Source: Candidatus Falkowbacteria bacterium RIFOXYC2_FULL_47_12
GTDB taxonomy: Bacteria > Patescibacteriota > Patescibacteriia > Patescibacteriales > XYC2-FULL-47-12
Direction of reading: 5' to 3'
Length of the DNA: 42,277 bases
Assembly (NCBI GenBank): GCA_001778285.1
Contig: MFGL01000020.1
Coordinates: forward strand, 36,881-79,157
Shown here piece after piece: positions 35,533 to 41,495 of this stretch (the stretch's first letter is position 1; each line of letters opens with the position of its first letter). A program made the position numbers and the translations under genes. Under the pieces are notes generated by a model. It searched no databases. It saw nothing but the letters and a program-made list of their open reading frames with translations, and had not been told where the DNA came from.

Positions 35533-36653
35533 ATTTTCTGATTTTTATTTTTTAAAGCTAATTCCCAAGATTTTTTATATAATGCGAACGTCTCTTCTTT
35601 GCTCGGCAATGTCTTAATAGCTTTACGCGCGCCTTCGCCCAACTTTTTACGCAAACCAGAATCTTCAATTATTTTTATCATTGCTTCTACCAACGCTTTT
35701 CGGTCGCCGACCGGAATCACTATTCCACTTTCTCCATTCTTAATCACTTCACCAGCTAAACCAACGTCAGTCATAATTATCGGCAAACCATGCGCCGCTG
35801 CTTCAACGACCGCCAATCCCCAACCTTCGTTATTTGATGTCAATAAAAGACAATCAGCTTGCTTATAAAATTTTTCTAAATCATTTTGCCAACCAAAAAA
35901 TTTAATTTGATTTTTAATTTTTAATTTCTGATTTTTGATTTCTAAATATTGACGTTCAACACCGTCCCCCACAATCCATAATTCCACCTGCAGAAATTTT
36001 TTCGTAATCTCCGCCAGCGCGTCAATTTGCATCGCAACGTTTTTCACCGGCACCAATCTGCCAACTGTTAGAAAAATAAACGTACTATTGTCATTGCGAG
36101 CGAACGAAGTGGGCGTGCCTGCCCGCCTCTGGAGGGGCAATCCCGTCTTTAATACAATGTCTATATAGATAGGGACTGTGGTAATCCTGTCTTCTTGAAC
36201 GCCAAAATCTCGCATCACCTCTCGCTTCAGCCGCTGGCTCACCACCCGCACCGCATTCGCTTTTTTCAAAACTCTTTTCGCCAGCAATTTTCTCACGCCG
36301 CTGAATTTTTCAAAACCGTGCACCTGCACCTCCAAGCCGAGATGAAATTTTTTGGCTAATTTCAGAGCCATCCAACCTATGAAGTACGTATCCTGCACGG
36401 TGATAATATCATATTTTTCAGAATTTAAAACCCTTGCGGCTTTTCTTTTTAATTTTAATAAATCAAAAAATTTGTTGCTTTTTTTTACCGACACAACCTT
36501 GACGTTGCCCGATAAATTAAATTCTCTGTTTTCGTCAGCCAAAACAAAAATCGTAAATTTATCAGCCAGCTGGCCATAATCAACCATCCGTTTGGCAACG
36601 GCTGCATTTGAATCTAATACATTTTTATCCAAACTGATGTTTAAAATTTTCAT
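35529..36653 (-). CDS. GT4-family glycosyltransferase
   Basis: LTVGRLVPVKN and NEGWGLAVVEAAAHGLPIIMTDVG motifs. The ATG overlaps the upstream stop (ATGA). Confidence 0.85.
   Translation of the reverse strand: MKILNISLDKNVLDSNAAVAKRMVDYGQLADKFTIFVLADENREFNLSGNVKVVSVKKSNKFFDLLKLKRKAARVLNSEKYDIITVQDTYFIGWMALKLAKKFHLGLEVQVHGFEKFSGVRKLLAKRVLKKANAVRVVSQRLKREVMRDFGVQEDRITTVPIYIDIVLKTGLPLQRRAGTPTSFARNDNSTFIFLTVGRLVPVKNVAMQIDALAEITKKFLQVELWIVGDGVERQYLEIKNQKLKIKNQIKFFGWQNDLEKFYKQADCLLLTSNNEGWGLAVVEAAAHGLPIIMTDVGLAGEVIKNGESGIVIPVGDRKALVEAMIKIIEDSGLRKKLGEGARKAIKTLPSKEETFALYKKSWELALKNKNQKI
35909..35943. repeat. Degenerate heptanucleotide tandem array (RATTTYT x5) inside a GT4 gene
   Basis: GATTTTT AATTTTT AATTTCT GATTTTT GATTTCT, read directly from the sequence. 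It encodes ...EIKNQKLKIKNQ... Confidence 0.8.
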
Positions 36654-38320
36654 TGCCGTAAAATAGTTATCAGCCCTTCAATCATTGCCGGCATACTGAA
36701 CTTCTCCAAATTCTTGCCGGCGTTGCGCCGCAACGTTTCCCGCAACATCTCATCACGCAACAGCGTCAGAATCGCTTGCTTCAATTGCGTGGCATCATTA
36801 TAGGCGACCAATAACCCGTTGACGTTATGTTCAATCAGCTCCGCGTTGCCGCCGACGTTCGTCGTCACGATCGGCGTTTGCAAAGACAATGCCTCCAAAA
36901 GCAAATGCGACAGCCCTTCGTAGCCGGTATTGAGCGCGAACACGTCTGCTGTTTTTATGTAGGCAAGAGTTTCAATGTGAGAGATTCTTCCTTTCAGTAC
37001 AACACTATTTTGTAATTCTAAATTCTTAATTCTAAATTCTAAATTACTACGTTCCGGTCCGTCCCCGATAATTTTTAATTTCAAATTTGGTTCATGTTGC
37101 AATAACAGGGGCATAATTTCAATCAGCATATCCATCCCCTTCCACGGCACTAAACGCCCGACTGAAACCAGCCATTTTTCACCTGGATTTTTAGGTTTCC
37201 GAAACCTGGTTGAGGTTTCGGAAACCTTGGGCGCAACCGCCGCCAAATCAACCGCGTTATAAATAATCGTGATTTTATCTTCAGCAATCCCCCATTGTTT
37301 TACAATTTTTTTTAAATACCAGCTCGGTACAATAATTTTATCCGCGTTTCGCGCCACTCGCCTCTCAATCTTTCGCTTGCGTTCCGTTGTAGAGTCAAAC
37401 GATTTATGTTGAAACTCATCCAAAGTAACAAAATTTTGTTTTGTTGTTTTTTTGTTTTGTTGTTTTTTTGATACGTTCATTTGTTCCCACGCGTAATCCC
37501 CCACTACTTTCAACATGTATTTTCGGCCGCGCAACCTGCACGCCCAGTATACCGGCAGACCCTCACTCACCGGCCCCTGCGCGTACACCACGTTCGCCCA
37601 ATTTAGGAGATTCAAAACTCTCCAAAAATATTTAAAGTAGCGCAATAGTTTGCTTTGTTTGCGACTTATCCGGACAATGCATTCTGAATTTTGCCTGCCT
37701 GCCGGTAGGCATGGCATTTTGCATTCTGCATTTGACAGATCGCTGTACGTAATAACCTTCACGTTAAAGCCGTGTTTCGGCAATTCTTCCTCCAAAGTTT
37801 TAACGTACGTCGCCGGCCCGCCAATGTCGGGCGGATAGATGCCGGTCGCAAGCAAAATATTTTTGCCGTGCTTGTTCTCGTGGCGAAACGTTACGGTTTT
37901 ATTGAGGATAAAATTCAGCAGAGCGAGTCCGCCCATAATCACAAACTGGGCCGCCATGTACCACAAGTGCAGGAAATCAACGGCAACATACAAAAGCAGT
38001 ATGTCCAATCCCAGATTCAGCAGCGCGAGTACCGTAAAAAAAACAAACTGCTTTCTGATGCGCTGCCAGGAATTTTCCCGAAACGTCCAGAATTTGTGCA
38101 ACAAAAAACTGGTCAAGAGAGAACAAACGAACGCAATCGCCCCTGAAAACAAATACCACAACCCGGCAATTTCGGTCAACACAAATAACAACCCCAGGTC
38201 AACCGCAGCCGCGGTGCCGCCGGAAATTATGTACTTGATGCCGATTTTGTACTTTTCTGCCAGCCGAGCAACGCTATCGGGCGCGACGCGTTTAAATAAT
38301 TTTTTAAAAAGTTGATACAT
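36650..38320 (-). CDS. Fusion protein: N-terminal GtrA-like 4-TM domain + C-terminal GT4 glycosyltransferase
   Basis: 556 aa. The N-terminus has ISGGTAAAVDLGLLFVLTE...LHKFWTFRE (GtrA pattern). This is followed by ILLATGIYPPDIGGPATY, VGRLVPWKGMD and YEGLSHLLLEALSLQTPIVTTNVGG. Confidence 0.8.
   Translation of the reverse strand: MYQLFKKLFKRVAPDSVARLAEKYKIGIKYIISGGTAAAVDLGLLFVLTEIAGLWYLFSGAIAFVCSLLTSFLLHKFWTFRENSWQRIRKQFVFFTVLALLNLGLDILLLYVAVDFLHLWYMAAQFVIMGGLALLNFILNKTVTFRHENKHGKNILLATGIYPPDIGGPATYVKTLEEELPKHGFNVKVITYSDLSNAECKMPCLPAGRQNSECIVRISRKQSKLLRYFKYFWRVLNLLNWANVVYAQGPVSEGLPVYWACRLRGRKYMLKVVGDYAWEQMNVSKKQQNKKTTKQNFVTLDEFQHKSFDSTTERKRKIERRVARNADKIIVPSWYLKKIVKQWGIAEDKITIIYNAVDLAAVAPKVSETSTRFRKPKNPGEKWLVSVGRLVPWKGMDMLIEIMPLLLQHEPNLKLKIIGDGPERSNLEFRIKNLELQNSVVLKGRISHIETLAYIKTADVFALNTGYEGLSHLLLEALSLQTPIVTTNVGGNAELIEHNVNGLLVAYNDATQLKQAILTLLRDEMLRETLRRNAGKNLEKFSMPAMIEGLITILRQ
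37014..37046. repeat. Heptanucleotide tandem repeat (AATTCTA x4, one variant unit) inside the GtrA-GT4 gene
   Basis: AATTCTA AATTCTT AATTCTA AATTCTA AATTA, read directly from the sequence. It encodes SNLEFRIKNLEL. Confidence 0.9.
37193..37227. repeat. 35-bp inverted repeat AGGTTTCCGAAACCT-ggttg-AGGTTTCGGAAACCT (coding copy)
   Basis: Perfect 15-bp arms, in frame within the GtrA-GT4 gene (encoding KVSETSTRFRKP). The arms are identical to those at 39501-39534. Confidence 0.9.
37678..37728. repeat. 9-bp direct repeats (TGCATTCTG) flanking a GC-rich hairpin, in frame inside the GtrA-GT4 gene
   Basis: The direct repeats lie at 37678-37686 and 37720-37728. The hairpin TGCCTGCCT-GCCGGT-AGGCA(T)GGCA lies at 37692-37716. 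The repeat-to-repeat distance is 42 nt, i.e. 14 codons. Confidence 0.85.
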
Positions 38321-38334
38321 TTTTCTGACAGTAT

Positions 38335-39486
38335 TTATGAGAGTTTCATAAAAATATTTTTTATTTGTATGGCAATCGTATCCCAGTTATATTTTTCCCA
38401 AACCATTCGTTTGGCATTGTCGGTAACTTTTTTAACCTCGGCTTTATTTTTTTCATCCAAAATATATTTTACTTTTTCAGCAATACTTTCTGGGTTTTTA
38501 ACTTTGCAAAACCAGCCGGTTTTACCGTCTTCCAAAAAATCAGGAATGCCGCCAACCGGCGTCGCCACCACCGGCACGCCCGCGCTCATCGCTTCCAAAA
38601 AAGAATTTCCCAAGCCTTCGGAAAGCGACGGCCGGCAGAATACATCGGCAATCGCATAAAATTTTGGCAACTCCTCCGGCTTTACAAAACCAACAAAACT
38701 TATTTTATCTTCTAATTTCAAATTTTTTGTTTTAAATTTTAGACTTTTTAATTCAACGCCAGTCCCACAAATAATTAGTTTAATATCTAATATTTTTATC
38801 GCTTCAATCAAATCTTCAATGCCATTTTTTTTCACGAGCCGCGAAGTAGTTAAAATAATTTTTTCATCATCCTTAATCCTCAAATCTTTTTTGAAATTGA
38901 GTATTTGAGTTTTGATATTTGTTTGATATTTGATATTTGATATTTGATATTTTTGAAAATCAACGCCGTTTGGCGCCACTTCCACCGGACATGTCGCTTT
39001 CATCTCTCTCGCCCACTTCGCCAAATAATTTGAAATGCACTGAATATAGTCAGCGCGCGTAAAAATCTGCTTAAACCAATGCTTCACAAAAAAAACTTTG
39101 CGTTCTATTTGTTTCAAATCATCGCCCTCTTGCAGAGTCAGCAAGAATTTCACATTGGGATTTTTTTTCTTAAAAAACAACGCGGCAAAACCGGAAAAGC
39201 TTGCCATAATTGACCAAATAACGTCGTAGTGATTTTTCTGATGCAAATGCTGCGCCAGCCGCGCGGCGCGAAACGGAAAGAGTAATTTATCAATTCTGCC
39301 AATTCTCCAGCCAATTCTGTAAACCGTTACGTTGCCAATTTTTTCCTGCGGCAAATCTTTTGCACTCAAACGAACCGTAATCATGTCAAACTCAACATCA
39401 CGGATTCTCTCGGTGATTTCTTTTACCGCCACTTCAGCCCCGCCGACGTACGGAAAATATGCAGTGGAAAAAATTAATATTCTCAT
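38335..39486 (-). CDS. GT4-family glycosyltransferase
   Basis: MRILIFSTAYFPYVGGAEV, TSRLVKKNGIED and SEGLGNSFLEAMSAGVPVVATPVGG motifs. Confidence 0.85.
   Translation of the reverse strand: MRILIFSTAYFPYVGGAEVAVKEITERIRDVEFDMITVRLSAKDLPQEKIGNVTVYRIGWRIGRIDKLLFPFRAARLAQHLHQKNHYDVIWSIMASFSGFAALFFKKKNPNVKFLLTLQEGDDLKQIERKVFFVKHWFKQIFTRADYIQCISNYLAKWAREMKATCPVEVAPNGVDFQKYQISNIKYQTNIKTQILNFKKDLRIKDDEKIILTTSRLVKKNGIEDLIEAIKILDIKLIICGTGVELKSLKFKTKNLKLEDKISFVGFVKPEELPKFYAIADVFCRPSLSEGLGNSFLEAMSAGVPVVATPVGGIPDFLEDGKTGWFCKVKNPESIAEKVKYILDEKNKAEVKKVTDNAKRMVWEKYNWDTIAIQIKNIFMKLS
38922..38952. repeat. Perfect heptanucleotide tandem repeat (TGATATT x4) inside a GT4 gene
   Basis: The units are 38924-38930, 38931-38937, 38938-38944 and 38945-38951. 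An extra copy lies at 38913-38919, with degenerate copies back to about 38897. The tract encodes QKYQISNIKYQTNIK. Confidence 0.9.
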
Positions 39487-39500
39487 GCAAAATTTTCACA

Positions 39501-39534
39501 AGGTTTCCGAAACCTTACGAGGTTTCGGAAACCT
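39501..39534. repeat. 34-bp inverted repeat AGGTTTCCGAAACCT-tacg-AGGTTTCGGAAACCT (intergenic copy)
   Basis: Perfect 15-bp arms in the 55-nt spacer between the uxs stop (39542) and the GT4 start (39486). Confidence 0.9.
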
Positions 39535-39541
39535 ACTCTTG

Positions 39542-40474
39542 CTAATGTAACTTTTGCTTAAAATAATCAATGGTTCTTAATAAACCTTCTTTTAATTGAG
39601 TAGTCGGCTGCCAATGCAACTTTTCCTGTGCCAGAGAAATTTCGGGCTTTCGTTGTTTGGGGTCGTCTGTGGGCAACTGCTCATAAACAATTCGCGCCGT
39701 TGCGCCGGTAAGCTGAATAATTTTTGCCGCCAATTCTTTAATTGTAAACTCTGCAGGATTTCCCAAATTGACCGGCCCGACAAAATCACCGTCCTGATCC
39801 ATCATCGCAATCAAGCCGTCCACCAGGTCGTCAACGTAGCAAAAACTTCTGGTTTGTTCACCCCGGCCATATATGGTAATGTCTTGTCCGCGCAAGGCCT
39901 GCACGATAAAATTTGAGACCACGCGGCCGTCGTGTTCGGCCATGCGCGGCCCGTAGGTATTGAAAATCCGCACCACCCTGATGTCCACGCCGCACTCGCG
40001 GTGATAGTCAAAAAAGAGCGTTTCGGCGCAGCGCTTGCCCTCGTCGTAACACGCGCGAGGGCCTATCGGATTCACGTTACCGTTATAGGTTTCCGCCTGC
40101 GGGTGCACTTGCGGGTCGCCGTACACCTCCGACGTTGAGGCCTGCAGCACGCGGCACCGTCTTTTTTTTGCCAGTTCCAAAGCGCTTATGGCTCCCAGCA
40201 CGCTCGTGCGTACGGTTTTTACCGGGTCTTTTTGGTACCACACCGGCGCGGCCGGACAGGCCAAGTTGTAGATTTGGTCAACGGCAAACTCGTACGACCG
40301 TTCCACATCGTGCTCCACTAACGCAAAATTTTTATTATCAAACAGGTGCGCAATATTTTTTTTAGAACCGGTAAAAAGATTATCTAAACAAACCACTTCG
40401 TTATTTTGCGCTAAAAGCTTTTCGCACAAATGAGAACCGATGAAACCCGCCCCGCCGGTGACTAAAATTTTCAT
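39542..40474 (-). CDS. uxs: UDP-glucuronate decarboxylase (UDP-xylose synthase)
   Basis: [37 protein letters not shown] and YDEGKRCAE motifs. 310 aa. Confidence 0.85.
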   Translation of the reverse strand: MKILVTGGAGFIGSHLCEKLLAQNNEVVCLDNLFTGSKKNIAHLFDNKNFALVEHDVERSYEFAVDQIYNLACPAAPVWYQKDPVKTVRTSVLGAISALELAKKRRCRVLQASTSEVYGDPQVHPQAETYNGNVNPIGPRACYDEGKRCAETLFFDYHRECGVDIRVVRIFNTYGPRMAEHDGRVVSNFIVQALRGQDITIYGRGEQTRSFCYVDDLVDGLIAMMDQDGDFVGPVNLGNPAEFTIKELAAKIIQLTGATARIVYEQLPTDDPKQRKPEISLAQEKLHWQPTTQLKEGLLRTIDYFKQKLH

Positions 40475-40504
40475 ACTTATAGCATAATCCTAATCTGCGA
40501 ATTC

Positions 40505-40577
40505 ATCCGAATGCTCCGAATGGCTTCGTAGAAAAGTTTTCTAAGTCATCCGGAGCATTCGGATAAAACATTCGGAT
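40505..40577. repeat. Compound inverted-repeat element in the SDR-uxs intergenic spacer
   Basis: A 14-bp perfect inverted repeat: ATCCGAATGCTCCG (40505-40518) pairs with CGGAGCATTCGGAT (40551-40564). The motif TCCGAATG occurs twice forward and CATTCGGAT twice in reverse (40556-64 and 40569-77). A central palindrome AGAAAAGTTTTCT lies at 40530-40542. Confidence 0.9.
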
Positions 40578-40586
40578 AAATTAGAA

Positions 40587-41486
40587 TTATATCTTTAACT
40601 GTTTTTTATATTCGGGAATCCATCGGTCAAGTTCCATTTCCGGCTCCCAGCCCAATAATGTTTTAGCCAGCGAATTGTCACACAAGTTGCGGCGCGGCTC
40701 AAGACGCGGCGGGATGTTGACGGTTGGCCCGCCGATAAGAGCGGCGATTTGGTTGACACTGTACTCCGAAGACTGGCCGGCGTTGATGGCCCGGCCGTCG
40801 CTGATATCGCTTGCCGCCGCCAGCAGATTCGCCCTGACAATGTCTTTCACGTACGTATAGGTGCGCAATTGCTCCCCGTCGCCGACAATGGTGAGCGGCT
40901 TGCCCTGTTGGCGCAAATGGCCGAATATGCCGATAACTGATGCGTATGCTCCCTCCAAAACCATTCGGGGACCGTACACATTAAAGTAGCGCAGGCAGAC
41001 TGTCGGCAATTTGTAAACGCAGCTAAACAGGCGGCAGTACTCTTCGCCGATGTACTTTTGCAAACCGTACGGGCTAAGGGGATTGGCAGGCAAATCTTCG
41101 GTCAGAGGCATTTTTTTTTGGTCGCCGTACGCGGAAGACGAAGCGGCATAGATGACTTTTTTCACACCGGCGTCTTTGGCCGCTACCAGCACGTTCAGCG
41201 TGCCGTTGACATTCGTATCGTTATACGTTACCGGATCTTCAATGGAGGGTTGCACGCGCGCGAGCGCGGCTTCATGAAAAACGTAATCCACGCCGGCAAA
41301 GTGCGGCTTGATTTTCTCCAAATCCCGCAAGTCAGCTTCCACAAACGTTGCTTGCCCGTTCAGATTCTCTCTTTTTCCCGTTGATAAATTGTCCAAAATA
41401 ATTACCTCATCGCCACGTTCAATGAGCGCGTCAACCAAGTTTGAACCGATGAAGCCGGCGCCGCCGGTCACTAGAATTTTCGCCAT
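40587..41486 (-). CDS. Extended-SDR NAD-dependent nucleotide-sugar epimerase (GalE/WbpP-like)
   Basis: [28 protein letters not shown] and YGLQK (YxxxK) motifs. Confidence 0.8.
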   Translation of the reverse strand: MAKILVTGGAGFIGSNLVDALIERGDEVIILDNLSTGKRENLNGQATFVEADLRDLEKIKPHFAGVDYVFHEAALARVQPSIEDPVTYNDTNVNGTLNVLVAAKDAGVKKVIYAASSSAYGDQKKMPLTEDLPANPLSPYGLQKYIGEEYCRLFSCVYKLPTVCLRYFNVYGPRMVLEGAYASVIGIFGHLRQQGKPLTIVGDGEQLRTYTYVKDIVRANLLAAASDISDGRAINAGQSSEYSVNQIAALIGGPTVNIPPRLEPRRNLCDNSLAKTLLGWEPEMELDRWIPEYKKQLKI

Positions 41487-41495
41487 AAATATTCG

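Noticed and set aside
37839-38659. Two plus-strand ORFs (37839-38315 and 38312-38659) of 115-158 aa.
   Set aside because: They are antisense shadows of the GtrA-GT4 and GT4 genes in AT-rich DNA, and their sequences are low-complexity.
38897-38952. Tandem repeats at 35.9, 37.0 and 38.9 kb considered as CRISPR or minisatellite arrays.
   Set aside because: The units are 7 bp with no spacers, and the tracts lie inside intact ORFs. They are simple tandem repeats, not CRISPR.
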